Of a DNA stretch of 64,000 bases, positions 1-10,865 are shown one piece after another. Every line of letters begins with the position of its first letter. The first letter of the stretch is position 1. The translations under genes and the position numbers were made by a program. The notes below the pieces were generated by a model, which saw only the letters and a program-made list of their open reading frames with translations, did not search any database and was not told the DNA's origin. Origin of the DNA: an uncultured delta proteobacterium. GTDB taxonomy: Bacteria > Desulfobacterota > Desulfuromonadia > Desulfuromonadales > JACZKF01. The stretch spans positions 192,001-256,000 of the forward strand of contig CAWFKQ010000006.1 in the NCBI GenBank assembly GCA_963816395.1. The letters are read 5' to 3'.

Positions 1-132
1 CAGCCGGATGCGGCCACCGCCGGTCTCAACATCATCACCGAAACGCTCGCGCGCCCCGCGGAAAACGTGCTGTGCAATGCGGCCGGTTTTGGTGGGACCA
101 ATTCTTGCCTGCTCTTGCGATTTGCCGAATGA
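1..132 (+). CDS. C-terminal end of a beta-ketoacyl-ACP synthase (truncated by window start)
   Basis: Frame 1 reads ...LNIITETLARPAENVLCNAAGFGGTNSCLLLRFAE*, the KS C-terminal NxxGFGGxN motif; stop overlaps the next ATG (ATGA). Confidence 0.85.
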   Translation, partial: QPDAATAGLNIITETLARPAENVLCNAAGFGGTNSCLLLRFAE

Positions 133-1619
133 AATTCGATTATGCAGTGATCGGCGCCGGTGTATCCGGACTGGCCACCTCCCTCATTCTGGCCGGCTCC
201 GGCTTGCGCGTCGCCCTCATCGAAAAAGCGGAGCGGACCGCGGGGACGATCCGCGGCTTCCGGCGCCGGGGCGTGCAGATCGATACCGGATTCCATTATG
301 CCGGCGGGTGGGGTGACGGGGAGTGCCTCGATCTGTTTTGCCGTTTTCTCGGCCTCGCCGATCGCATCGAGAAACTGCCCCTGGCGGCGGATGGCTTCGA
401 TACGGTTCTCTGCCGGCGGCCGGCCTGCGAGTTCCGGTTTCCCTGCGGCCCCGGCCGGCTGCGCGAGCGCCTGCACGAAACCTTTCCCGGGGAACGTGCG
501 GCGATCGACGCCTATCTGCAGGAAATGGCGCAGGTCAACGCCGCTTTTCCCTTCATCAATATCGAAGCGGACTGGGCGGGCATTGGTGCTGCCGATCCGC
601 GGCAGGGTCCGACACTGCAGGAGGTTCTCGACCGGCTGACCGGGAACCGGCTGCTGCAGGGGCTGCTCTCGGTCCATACCCTGCTGTACGGAGTCCCGCC
701 GCCGCAGGCCCCCTTCGCCCTGCATGCGATCGTCGCCGGCCCCTATTACCAGTCGGCGCATACCCTCCGCGGCGGCGGGCGCAGCCTGGCGGAAGCTTTC
801 GATGCCGAGCTGGCCAGGCGGGGCGTCGCGGTGTTCTGCGGCGACGGGGCGGAGGCTCTGCTCCTGGACGGCGAAGGGCGGCCGCGCGGGGTGCGCCTCG
901 CCGGTGGCCGCACCCTGGCCTGCGGCGGCTGCGTCTTTACCGCGCATCCCAAAATTCTCCTCGATCTGGTGCCCGAAGGATTCCTGCGGCCGGTGTACCG
1001 CAAGCGGCTGCAGGGGCTGAACGAATCCCCCTCCGCCTGCCTGCTGTTCGGCGGCACCGGGGAACTGCCGGCGCCGCTGCGCGGGGGCAATCTCTTCCTG
1101 CTGGAAGAGCCCGAAGCGGCCGGGCGTCTGGAGGGGGAGAATCCGGACGACGGACCCCTCTATGTCACCGCCGCCGGGCCGGCTGGAGAAAATTCCTCGA
1201 CGGCCGGCTTTCTGGCCATCTCGCCGGTGAGTGCGGGCGCCACTGCCGCCTGGGGAGACACCGGCGCCGGCCGCCGGCCGCCGGAATATGCCGCATTCAA
1301 GGCTGAAATGGTCCGGAAAATGCGAAACCGTCTGGCGGGCTTTTGCCCCGACCTGGTCCGCCAGATCCGCTGGCTCGAGGGGGCGACGCCTCTTACCCTG
1401 CGGGATTACGGGCACAGCCCGCATGGCAGCCTCTACGGTGTCCGGCACCAGGCGGGGCAGTTTAATCCGCATCCGCAGACCCGACTGCCGGGACTGTTTC
1501 TGGCGGGCCAGGCGGTGGCGGCGCCGGGCGTCATGGGAGCGATGATTTCCGCCTTTCTGGCCTGCGGCAGCATTGTCGGCCATGAACGGATACAGAAGGA
1601 ATTGAGAGCATGTCGTTAA
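129..1619 (+). CDS. FAD-dependent oxidoreductase, phytoene desaturase / all-trans-retinol 13,14-reductase family
   Basis: N-terminal VIGAGVSGL Rossmann motif, DTGFHYAGG, C-terminal TPLT..DY...GSLYG and GLFLAGQ; ATG at 129 overlaps the upstream stop. Confidence 0.85.
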   Translation: MKFDYAVIGAGVSGLATSLILAGSGLRVALIEKAERTAGTIRGFRRRGVQIDTGFHYAGGWGDGECLDLFCRFLGLADRIEKLPLAADGFDTVLCRRPACEFRFPCGPGRLRERLHETFPGERAAIDAYLQEMAQVNAAFPFINIEADWAGIGAADPRQGPTLQEVLDRLTGNRLLQGLLSVHTLLYGVPPPQAPFALHAIVAGPYYQSAHTLRGGGRSLAEAFDAELARRGVAVFCGDGAEALLLDGEGRPRGVRLAGGRTLACGGCVFTAHPKILLDLVPEGFLRPVYRKRLQGLNESPSACLLFGGTGELPAPLRGGNLFLLEEPEAAGRLEGENPDDGPLYVTAAGPAGENSSTAGFLAISPVSAGATAAWGDTGAGRRPPEYAAFKAEMVRKMRNRLAGFCPDLVRQIRWLEGATPLTLRDYGHSPHGSLYGVRHQAGQFNPHPQTRLPGLFLAGQAVAAPGVMGAMISAFLACGSIVGHERIQKELRACR

Positions 1620-2839
1620 AACGTGTGGTCATCACCGGCCTGGGTGCCGTCTCTCCCCTCGGCCGGGGCGTACAGGCCCTGTTCGACGGACTGCTGCAGG
1701 GGCGCAGCGGCATCCGGGTGGTCCCCTCTCTGGCGGCAGTCGGCGGGCTGCGGACGCGGGTGGGCGGCCTGGTCACGGGTGTCGATCCCAAGGAGATCCC
1801 GCGCAAGTTCCGGCGTTCCATGTCCAACATGTCCATTTTCGCCACCCTCGCCTGCCAGGAGGCACTGGTCCAGGCCGACCTGACGGTGGCGGACTGTGCC
1901 GATGGCCAGACCGGCCTCGCCATCGGCTCCACCGTCGGCAGTACGCAGGCGACTGAGGATTTCTTCGCCGATTATCTCACTGACCGCAGTCTCGAGCGGA
2001 TGAAATCGACGCTCTTTTTCCAGATCATGAATCACTCCTGCGCCGCCAATGTCGCGCAGGTTCTCGGCGTCTCCGGCCGTCTGCTCGCTCCTTCGGCCGC
2101 CTGTGCCACCGGTTGCCAGTCCATCGGTTATGGCTATGAAATGATCGCCTTCGGCAAACAGGAGCGCATGCTGTGCGGCGGCGCCGAAGAATTCCATCCC
2201 CTGACCGCCGCCACCTTCGACATCATGAATGCCTCCTCCTTCGCTTATAATGACCGGCCGCAGCAGACGCCGCGCCCCTTTGACCGCGAGCGGGACGGGG
2301 TGGTGTGCGGCGAGGGAAGCGGCATTGTGCTCCTGGAATCCCTGGATTCCGCCCGCCGGCGGGGGGCGGCCATTCTGGCGGAGGTGTGCGGTTTCGCCAC
2401 CAGCATCGATCCGACGAACATCGCCAACCCGAACGCCGGCGCCATCGCCAACTGCATGCGTCTGGCCCTGCAGGACAGCGGCCTGGAACCGTCGGCCATC
2501 GATTACGTGAACGCCCACGCCACCGCCACCGAGCAGGGGGATATCGCCGAGTCCGAGGCGATTTTCGACCTGTTCGGCGACCGCGTCCCGGTGAGCAGCT
2601 GCAAAGGGCATCTCGGCCATGCCATGGCCGCCAGCGGTTCCCTGGAACTCGTCGCCTGTGTCATGATGCTGCAGCAGGGCTGCCTGCTGCCCACCCTGAA
2701 TCTGGAGACGCCGGATCCCGCCTGCGCTCCCCTGCGCCATGTGCGCAGCGTCGAACCGGCATCTCTGCAGTGCCTGATCAAGAACAACTTCGCCCTCGGG
2801 GGCGTCAATTCATCCATCGTGGTAAGGAGTTGGGAATGA
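1610..2839 (+). CDS. Beta-ketoacyl-ACP synthase (FabF-like)
   Basis: RVVITGLG start; catalytic Cys (AACATG), His (NAHAT), His (KGHLGH); NNFALGG. Confidence 0.95.
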   Translation: MSLKRVVITGLGAVSPLGRGVQALFDGLLQGRSGIRVVPSLAAVGGLRTRVGGLVTGVDPKEIPRKFRRSMSNMSIFATLACQEALVQADLTVADCADGQTGLAIGSTVGSTQATEDFFADYLTDRSLERMKSTLFFQIMNHSCAANVAQVLGVSGRLLAPSAACATGCQSIGYGYEMIAFGKQERMLCGGAEEFHPLTAATFDIMNASSFAYNDRPQQTPRPFDRERDGVVCGEGSGIVLLESLDSARRRGAAILAEVCGFATSIDPTNIANPNAGAIANCMRLALQDSGLEPSAIDYVNAHATATEQGDIAESEAIFDLFGDRVPVSSCKGHLGHAMAASGSLELVACVMMLQQGCLLPTLNLETPDPACAPLRHVRSVEPASLQCLIKNNFALGGVNSSIVVRSWE

Positions 2840-3102
2840 AAGACGAAGAAATCATCGAACGGATCGATGCCGCGCTGGCGGAAGAGTTCGAGCTCGACAG
2901 GCAGGACATGATCCCCGAGGCGACCCTTTTCGACGATCTGGGACTGGACAGTCTCGACATCGTCGATCTGGTGATCGTCCTGGAGGGCGCCTTCGGCTTC
3001 AAGATCCGCGAAGAGGAGGCGATTCGGCAGATCCGCACCCTCGGCGACATCCACCGCTTCGTCATCGGCAAGAAGCCGCGCATGGGACTGAAGGCTTCGT
3101 GA
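2836..3102 (+). CDS. Acyl carrier protein
   Basis: MKDEEII...DLGLDSLDIVDL; acidic 88 aa with DSL phosphopantetheine site; ATGA overlap. Confidence 0.95.
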   Translation: MKDEEIIERIDAALAEEFELDRQDMIPEATLFDDLGLDSLDIVDLVIVLEGAFGFKIREEEAIRQIRTLGDIHRFVIGKKPRMGLKAS

Positions 3103-3897
3103 CCACTCGCGAATCGATCCTGTCCGATCCGGCGGCGGTCTTGCCGGCCGAACGCCCGGGGGCGGCGGCACTCCTGATGACCGCCGTGGTCTATCCGCTG
3201 CTGGCGCTCTGGACGGCCGTGGGGATAGGTCTCTACCCGTTGGCCTTTCTCCTCTGGAAAGTGCTGACCCGCTGGCCGGCCGGCCGCATCATGCGGCACT
3301 TTATCTGGCTCTATGGACGCGGCTGGATGCTGCTCATGGCCCCCTTCGTCCGCTTCCGCCGGGAAGGGCTGCGCGACGCCGGCATTCGCGGGCCGGCTAT
3401 TCTGGTCATCAATCATCTCTCCTTCTTCGACACCTACTGCATGGCGCTGCTCCCCTTCTTCGATGTCACCTTCGCCGTGCGCTCCTGGCCCTTCCGGATT
3501 CCCTGCTACGCCGCTTTCATGCGCCAGGCGGGCTATCTGGACGTCGAGAGCATGAGCTGGCCGGAGTGCCTGGAGGCCGGCCGCCGGGTGCTCGCCGGGG
3601 GCGGTTTCCTGCTCTTTTTCCCGGAGGGGCACCGCAGTCGCGACGGCGCCCTGCAGCGCTTCTATTCCGGCGCCTTCCGGCTGGCGCGAGGAACTCGCCT
3701 GCCCGGTGGTGCCCCTGTGCATCACCGGCACCGATCGCCTGCTGCCGCCCGGCCGGCGCTGGCTGCAGCCGGCCCGGGTACGGCTGCGCGCCCTGCCGCC
3801 CGTCGACCCGGCCGCGTTCGCCAATCACGGCGAACTGCGGCGGCAGGTCAAGGCCTTGATGGCGCAGCAGCTCGAAGCGATGCGCCGGGAGAGCTGA
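3099..3897 (+). CDS. Lysophospholipid acyltransferase (PlsC family), frameshift near 3690-3705
   Basis: NHLSFFD (HX4D) and FFPEGHRS motifs; C-terminus (VPLCITGTDRLLP) continues in ORF 3706-3897. Confidence 0.85.
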
Positions 3898-4067
3898 GGA
3901 GCGGCCTGGCGGAAGCGGCCGGCCGGCCGCGTGCTGGTGGCGGTCGCCCTGGACCGCTGTTTCCTGGGCGGCAACCCGGCGAACACCGGTTTGATTTCCT
4001 GCAACGCCCCGAATTATTCTCCAGCCAGCGGTTCGACGACCTGGCTGTTTACTGGAGGTAATGTCCG

Positions 4068-4523
4068 ATGGAACCGATGCTGCAGAACCTGCAGCTGCCG
4101 CAGCCGGCCGAAGGCTTCATCCCCCACCGGTTGCCGATGCGCCTCATCGATGAGCTGCTCGAATCCGCCGGCGGCACCGCGACGGTTGCCGCCACCATCG
4201 CTGACGGCCTGCTGACCGGCACAGACGGACGCCTGGCGGAGGCCGGTCTGGTGGAAATCCTGGCCCAGGCGTTCGCCGCCATGCAGGGGTATGAGGACAG
4301 CCGCCTCGGCCAGCCGATACGCCGGGGGTTTCTGGTCGGTATCCGCTCTTTCCGGGTCGCCGGCACCGCCCGCGCCGGTGACCGGCTGCGGGTGCACCTG
4401 CGCACGGTCGGCAGACTGGGCGGGTTCGCCCTGGCCGAGGGGGAGATCCGGCGCGGCGAGGAACTCCTCGCCGGCGGCACCCTCAAACTGTGGATTCCCG
4501 AAGCCGAGAAGGAGCAGGACTGA
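4068..4523 (+). CDS. 3-hydroxyacyl-ACP dehydratase, hotdog fold (ApeP-like)
   Basis: IPHRLPMRLID, VEILAQ, GFLVG motifs; GGAGG RBS upstream. Confidence 0.8.
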   Translation: MEPMLQNLQLPQPAEGFIPHRLPMRLIDELLESAGGTATVAATIADGLLTGTDGRLAEAGLVEILAQAFAAMQGYEDSRLGQPIRRGFLVGIRSFRVAGTARAGDRLRVHLRTVGRLGGFALAEGEIRRGEELLAGGTLKLWIPEAEKEQD

Positions 4524-5143
4524 TGCGCCTCTGGATCGCCCTTCTGCTCCTGCTCACCGTCGCTGCCGGCCCTGTGGCGGCGGCAGAACCCGCCCCGGCC
4601 GTCGCTCGCGTCCTCGCCCGCCTGCAGGAATTGGCGGCCGGCGTGAACACCCTGGCCAGCGACTTCGTACAGGAAAAGCATCTGGCGGTTTTCCAGGAAG
4701 TGCTGCAATCGAAAGGTCGCCTCTATTTCCAGCGGCCGGACCGGCTGCGCTGGGAGCTGACCGCGCCGGTGGCGAGCGGCTTCGTCCTCGACGGTGGCCG
4801 GGGCCGGCGCTGGAACTCCCGCAGCGGCGAGGAGGAGGACTTTCAGCTGGATCGCGAGCCGGTGATGAAGCTCGTCGCCGAGCAGCTGTTCGCCTGGGCC
4901 GGCGGCGATTTCACCCGCCTGCGCCAGCAGTATCGCATTTCGGTGCTGAATGCGGCGCCGGTGGTGCTGCGCCTGGAGCCGCTGGCCGCCGCGAGCGGCT
5001 TTCTCGACTACCTGCGGGTAGCCTTCGCCGCCGACGGCCGGCATGTCGAGGTGGTGGAGGTCCATGAAAAGGACGGCGATTTCACCCGCATCCGCTTCAT
5101 CGATACGCGCCTCAACCTGCCCCTGCCGGCGGATACCTTCTGA
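4523..5143 (+). CDS. LolA-family outer-membrane lipoprotein carrier
   Basis: Signal peptide; FVQEK...SKGRLYFQRPDRLRWE and DGDFTRIRF motifs. Confidence 0.85.
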   Translation: MRLWIALLLLLTVAAGPVAAAEPAPAVARVLARLQELAAGVNTLASDFVQEKHLAVFQEVLQSKGRLYFQRPDRLRWELTAPVASGFVLDGGRGRRWNSRSGEEEDFQLDREPVMKLVAEQLFAWAGGDFTRLRQQYRISVLNAAPVVLRLEPLAAASGFLDYLRVAFAADGRHVEVVEVHEKDGDFTRIRFIDTRLNLPLPADTF

Positions 5144-5149
5144 GTGCCG

Positions 5150-7517
5150 ATGGCGGATCTGACTTTTATCGCCCGCTGCTACCGGTTTTTCGCGCCCCGG
5201 CGGCGGCTTCTGTTCACGGTGACCGCCGCCCTGATCCTGCTCAGTGCGCTCGCTTTTCAACGGGTGCGGCTGGAAGAAAATATCGCCGCCATGCTGCCGG
5301 ACGGCCACTCGGAAGTGGCGCAGGACTTCGCCCTGCTGGAGCAGGCGCCCTTCGCCCGCAAGGTCCTGATCTCCCTGGCGCTCGCGCCGGGGGCCGATCC
5401 GGCTCTGCTGCCGGCGGCGGTCGATGGCCTGCGCACCGCCCTCGGTCCTCCTTGGTTCAACCGGACGGTGGCCGGCCCGGCCGATGTCGCCTCCGGCAAC
5501 CTCTTCGTCTGGCTGAACGCTGCCCTGCCCGATCTGCTGAGCGGCAGCGAGCTGCAGCAGTTCGCCGCCGGCCTCGATGCCGCCGCCATCGAGAAGCGCC
5601 TGCGCGACGCCTATGCCCGGCTGCTTTCCCCCGAAGGGTGGGCACTCAAGGGGCTGCTGCGGCGCGACCCGCTGGGGCTGAACCGGCTCGGCCTGGAAAA
5701 ACTGCGCTACCTGAACATGGTGCCGCAGGCGAAGCTTTCCGGCGGCCGTTTCCTCAGCGCCGACGGCAGGCATGCGCTGGTGATCGCCGATACCCCGGTG
5801 GCGATTACAGATTCACGCGGCGCGACGGAAATGCTGCAGGTCCTCGATCGGGCGCTCGCCGGCCTGCCGGCGGGGGTGCGGGCCACGGTGGTCAGCGGAC
5901 ATCGCTACACGGCGGCCAATGCCGGCGCCATCCGCCGCGACCTGGTGGTCACCCTGCTCGCCTCGACCCTGGCCATGCTGGCGCTCTTTTTCCTCTTCCT
6001 GCGCCACTGGCGGGCGCTCTTCGCCTTTCTGGTGCCGGTGGCGGTGCTCTGCATAGCGGCGGTGGCCGTGGCCCTCGGCTACGGCAAGGTATCGGCGGTC
6101 ACCGTCGGCTTCGGAGCAGTGCTGCTGGGCATTTCCGTCGATTTCGCCCTGCACGTCTACTTCGCCTTGCGCCGCGGCGGCGAGGCGCCGGCGGCGGTGC
6201 TGGCGACGGTGGCGCGTCCGGTCCTCTTCGGCGGCTTGACCACCATCGCCGCCTTTGCCGTCCTGCTCGTCTCCGATCTGCCGGGACAGCGCCAGCTGGC
6301 GGTCTTCGCCATTACCGGCCTGAGCGCTTCGCTGCTGCTGTCGCTGCTGGTGCTGCCGCACCTGATTCCCCCGGCGGCGGCGGACCGGCCGCAGCGCAAC
6401 TGGCTGCAGGTGGGGCAGCGGCTGCCGCGCCGCTGGGTGCTCGGCGTCTGGCTCGGTCTCCTGCTGCTCTGCCTGTGGCCGGCCAGCAGAGTGCGCTTCG
6501 ACGGCGACCTGCGCAGCCTGAGCCTGGTCCCCGACAATTTGCGGACGGCGGAAAAGGAGCTGCAGACGGTCTGGGGCAATCTGCGGGGGATGGCGCTGGT
6601 CTTCGCCGAGGGGCCGGACCTGGCGGGGGCGCTGGCGAACAACGACCGGCTCTTTGCCTTCCTGCGCCGCCAGCCGGCAATGGCGGCGGTCAGTCTGGCG
6701 CCGCTGCTGCCGGCGCCGGCCACCCAGGAGAAGAACCGGCGGGACTGGGCCGCTTTCTGGCAGGGTGCCGAGGGGGAGCGGATCCGCAGCGATCTCGCCG
6801 CTGCCGCGGCCCGCCTCGGTTTTGCCCCGACCGCCTTCCAGCCCTTTCTCGCGGCGACCACGGCACCGGCCGCCGCCGTCGATACGCAGGGGCTGCGCCG
6901 AGCCGGCCTCGGTGAACTGGTCGAGGCCATGATTCTGCCGGCCGGCGATGGCTATCGCATCCTCACCCTGGTCCCGGACACGCCGGCGACCATCACCCTC
7001 TTCGAGGCGCATCGGGATGAGCTGCCAGGCGTCCGCCTCGTCTCCCAGGGGCGCTTCGGCCGCGAGGTGAGCCAGGCCATCGGCCACGACTTCCGGCAGT
7101 TCCTGACTCTGGCCGCCCTGCTGGTGACCCTGCTGGTGACCCTGCTCTTCCGCCGCCCGCGGCCGATTCTGCTGGCCCTGCTGCCGGTGGCGACCGGCAT
7201 GGCGGTGATGTTCGGAGTGATGGGCGCGGCCGGACTGAAGTTCACCCTGCTCAACGTGGTCGCCACCGTGCTGCTCATCGGCCTCGGCGTCGACTACGGG
7301 ATCTTCATGGTGTGTCGGATGACCGAAGGTTACGATCATGCCACCGACCGGGCGGTCCTGGTCTCCGGACTGACGACCATCGCCGGCTTCGGCGCCCTGG
7401 TGCTCGCCCGGCATCCCGCCCTGCATTCCATCGGGGTGACCGTCCTGCTCGGCATCGGCAGCGCCATCCCCGCCGCCCTGCTGGTCATCCCGGCCTTCTA
7501 TCGGGGGAGACCGATGA
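5150..7517 (+). CDS. MMPL/RND-family lipid transporter
   Basis: Two multi-TM blocks with GISVDFALH and GLGVDYGIF motifs; true stop probably TGA 7515-7517 if one G of the run 7503-7507 is spurious. Confidence 0.85.
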
Positions 7518-8188
7518 GACGGCTCGCCATCCTGCTGGTGCTGCTGGCGGCCACCGGCTGCAGCGGCGTGCCATTCAAGCCGCCGGCGCCGGCGCCCACC
7601 CGCCGGCTGAGCGCCGGCGACCTGCTGGACGGCTTGTGGAACCGTGGCGAGCGGGTCTGGCGGATCCGGCAGTCGGCCCTCTTCGAATTCCATGGGGCGA
7701 AGGTGCCCATGGGCGGTTTTCTGCTCCTCGATGCCGGCCGGCGGGAGGCCCGCCTGGTCGGCTTGAACGATATGGGCGTGAAGCTCTTCGATCTCACCGT
7801 CACCGCCAGCGGGCAGCGGGAAAATTATCTCTTCCCCGAGCTCGCCCGGATTCCCGGGGTGAGCGGGGCAATCGCCGGCGCCGTGCGCCATATCTTCCTG
7901 GCGCCGCAGCCGCAGCCCGGCGACCGCCTGCGCATCGAGGCGACGGACTACCTGCTGACGCGGAGCAAGGGGGAGGAGGAGATCCGCTTCACCTTTGGCG
8001 GGCCCGAGCCGCTGCTGCTGGAAAAACGGGTGCAGGGCGGGGGAGAGAAGTGGGGGGTCCGCTACTTCGAATACCGGCCGGCAGCCGGCGCCATGGTGCC
8101 CGGCGGGATCGTTCTCGACGATGCCCGAGGCTATCGGCTGACCCTGTGGCTGGAGGAGGTTAAAACCAACGATGAGCATTCTCACTGA
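7514..8188 (+). CDS. Lipoprotein (possibly DUF3261-like), probably a separate gene
   Basis: MRRLAILLVLLAATGC lipobox signal peptide with its own GGAGA RBS, inside the 1014-aa ORF. Confidence 0.65.
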   Translation: MRRLAILLVLLAATGCSGVPFKPPAPAPTRRLSAGDLLDGLWNRGERVWRIRQSALFEFHGAKVPMGGFLLLDAGRREARLVGLNDMGVKLFDLTVTASGQRENYLFPELARIPGVSGAIAGAVRHIFLAPQPQPGDRLRIEATDYLLTRSKGEEEIRFTFGGPEPLLLEKRVQGGGEKWGVRYFEYRPAAGAMVPGGIVLDDARGYRLTLWLEEVKTNDEHSH

Positions 8189-8559
8189 GGCAATCCGGGC
8201 GGGGGCGGCCGGGGAAATCAGGGATCTCGGGAACGGCGCGGTTGCAGCGGTCTTACCGTTTCGGTGCCGAATTTCCCGGTTTTGCAGGTCATTTTCCCGG
8301 CTACCCGATTGTGCCGGCGATCGTGCAGCTGCAGGCCGCCCTCTGTCTGGCGGAGGACTGGAAGGGCGTTCCGCTGCGGCTGGCGACGGTGGAGAACGCC
8401 AAATTTTTTCTGCAGCTGCGCCCGGGGCAGGAAATCGTGGTGGAGTGCCGGGAAAGCCGGCGGGACGGCCGACCGGCCTGTGAAGTCCGCCTGCGGAGCG
8501 GTGAAGAGCTGGCCGCCTCCTTCATCCTGGTGCTGGCGGCCGCCGGGGGGGAAGGATGA
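8172..8559 (+). CDS. Hotdog dehydratase (FabZ/ApeI-like), frameshift near 8242
   Basis: FAGHFPGYPIVPAIVQL motif and AKFFLQLRPG. Confidence 0.8.
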
Positions 8560-9017
8560 TCAAGCCTTATTTCCCGGCGCAGGAGGGGGCGCCGGCGCCG
8601 CTGCGGCTGCGGGTCGAGCGGCGCGTGCGTTTCGAGGAGGTCGATCCGTTGGGCATCGTCTGGCACGGCCGTTATCCCGGCTACTTCGAAGATGCCCGGG
8701 TCGCCCTGGGGGACCGCTACGGCCTCGGCTACCTGGACATGTACCGGCAGGGAGTGGTCGCTCCTGTACGCAAACTGCATCTCGACTACCACAGACCCCT
8801 GCGTTTCCAGGAAGAGTTCACCGTCGAAGGAATCCTGCACTGGTCGGAGGCGGTGCGCCTCAACCACGAATTCATCATCCGCAATGCCGCCGGGGAGGTG
8901 GCGACCACCGGCTATTCGGTGCAGATGCTCATCGATCGCGAGGAGAATGTCCTGCTGCTGCCGCCGCCGTTTTTCGCCGAGTTCCGGCAGCGCTGGCGGG
9001 AAGGGAGGTTGCCGTGA
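8556..9017 (+). CDS. Acyl-CoA/ACP thioesterase (4HBT/YbgC family)
   Basis: VRFEEVDPLGIVWHGRYPGYFEDAR motif. Confidence 0.9.
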   Translation: MIKPYFPAQEGAPAPLRLRVERRVRFEEVDPLGIVWHGRYPGYFEDARVALGDRYGLGYLDMYRQGVVAPVRKLHLDYHRPLRFQEEFTVEGILHWSEAVRLNHEFIIRNAAGEVATTGYSVQMLIDREENVLLLPPPFFAEFRQRWREGRLP

Positions 9018-10155
9018 GCGGCGCCTGGATTGTGCAGACGGCGGCGGTCACCGCCCTCGGCGACAGCCTGGAGGCCACCTGGCGGCGGCTGCTGGCCGGC
9101 GAGTCGGGCATCCGCCCGGTGCGCCGCTTCGCCACCGAGGGGTATGTTTCCGGTCTGGCCGCCACTATCGGCGACCTGGGGGAGGAAGACGGCGGCTCCC
9201 GGGTTTACCCCCTGCTCGACCGGCTCCTCGCCGGATTTCGCCGCGGTCCCCGCCGACGCCGTTCCCCTGACCGCGACCACCAAGTGGGGGATCGACAGCC
9301 TGGAGCGGCAGCGGCAGGGGAAACCGGCGCCGATCGCCGACCTGCTGCCGGGCGAGCTGCCGCGGGCGGTCGGCCGCCGCTTCGGTCTGCGCCGCGCCGG
9401 GGCTGAACATCAATGCCGCCTGCGCCTCCTCCACCATCGCCCTGGCGCGCGGGGCGGCGATGATCGCCGCCGGGGCGGCCGAAGCGGTGCTGGTCTGCTG
9501 CCTCGACCTGGTCTCCGAGTTCGTCTTCTCCGGCTTCTCCGCCCTGAAGGGGCTCTCCCCCGCGCCCTGCCTTCCCTTCGACCGGCGCCGCGCCGGCCTG
9601 ACCCTGGGGGAGGGGGCCGCCGCCCTGCTGCTGATGGCGCCCGCCCGCGCGCGGCGCGAAGGGCGGCAGGCGCTGGGCGTCATCCGCGGCTGGGGGGTGG
9701 CCGGCGATGCCCATCACATCACCGCCCCGGCCCGCGACGGCTGCGGCCTGATCCAGGCCGTGCGGGCGGCGCTGCACCGGGCGGATATGGCGCCGTCGGC
9801 GGTGGCGGCGGTGAGCGCCCACGGTACCGGCACAGTCTACAACGACCTGATGGAGCTCACCGCCTTCGGCGAGGTCTTCGGCCGCCGGCTGCCGATCCAT
9901 TCGGTCAAGGGCGCCCTCGGTCATACCCTGGGGGCGGCCGGGGGGATCGAGACGGCGCTGGCGCTGCAGAGCCTCGCCGCCGGGGTCATTCCCCCCACCT
10001 GCGGCTGCGACGAGCCGGAGCCGCAGGGGGAGGGACAGGTCAGCAGCCGCGCAATTCCCCTGCCTGGAGAATGTCTGTTGACCACCAATTCCGGCTTCGG
10101 CGGCATCAATGCCGCCCTGCTGCTGGAGAAAGGGGAGGGGCGCCATGCGGGCTGA
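9014..10155 (+). CDS. Beta-ketoacyl synthase, frameshifts near 9240 and 9400
   Basis: GTG start; NAACASST (Cys), SAHGTGT (His), KGALGHTLG (His), NSGFGG. Confidence 0.88.
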
Positions 10156-10846
10156 GGTCCTCGGCATCGGCTGGGTGACGGCCGCGGGCATGGGCCGCGG
10201 GCGGCAGGCTGCGCCTTTCGCCCTGTGCCCCGGCGAACTGCCGCCGGTCGCCCGCAAGGACATCTTCGCCGAACCCGACCTGCGCTTCGGCCGCCTGGAC
10301 GGTTTTTCCCGGCTCGGCCTGGCGGCCATCGCCCTGGCCCTGCAGGATGCCGGCCTCGACGCCTGGACGGAGAAGCGGCCGGTGGCCCTGGCCGCCGCCA
10401 GCCGCTACGGCTGCCTGACCACCGACGCGGACTACTTCGACACCGTCCTGCCGCAGCAGGGGCGGCTGGCCAGCCCCAACCTGTTCGCCTACACCCTGCC
10501 GAACTGCTTTCTCGGCGAGGCGGCGATCCGCTTCGGCCTGACCGGCCCCGCCTGTGATCCTCAGCGAGCCGGAGCCGGACGGCCTGACGCCGCTGCGGCT
10601 GGCCCTGGAGACTCTCGCCTGGGGGGAGGCGCCGACGGCGGTGGCCGGGATCTGCGACCTGCCGCGGCCGCAGTTCCTCGCGCCCGGCCCGGACCGAGCC
10701 GGGGGCGGTCTTTCTCGTCCTCGGCGCAGCCGGCACGGCGGACCGGATACGGGGAAATTTCCCTGGCTGCGGAGGGAAACCTTTGCGCCGGCGGGGAGCG
10801 GGTCCCCGATCTGGAGGTTCTCGTCAATCGACTGCGGAATAAGTAA
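10145..10846 (+). CDS. Short ketosynthase N-domain / chain-length-factor-like protein (frameshifted near 10555 and 10700)
   Basis: FGRLDGFSRLG and ASPNLFAYTLPN motifs; no Cys-His-His triad; directly follows a KS. Confidence 0.75.
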   Translation: MRAEVLGIGWVTAAGMGRGRQAAPFALCPGELPPVARKDIFAEPDLRFGRLDGFSRLGLAAIALALQDAGLDAWTEKRPVALAAASRYGCLTTDADYFDTVLPQQGRLASPNLFAYTLPNCFLGEAAIRFGLTGPACDPQRAGAGRPDAAAAGPGDSRLGGGADGGGRDLRPAAAAVPRARPGPSRGRSFSSSAQPARRTGYGEISLAAEGNLCAGGERVPDLEVLVNRLRNK

Positions 10847-10865
10847 TCGGCTACTTAAGTAATCA

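Noticed and set aside
5813..8185. Long antisense ORFs (also 4049-5773, 43453-45609, 61167-63266)
   Set aside because: Shadow ORFs of GC-rich genes with no recognisable motifs.
5144..8188. 1014-aa MMPL-lipoprotein fusion
   Set aside because: Internal RBS and lipobox at 7514; deleting one G from 7503-7507 gives a normal ATGA stop/start overlap.
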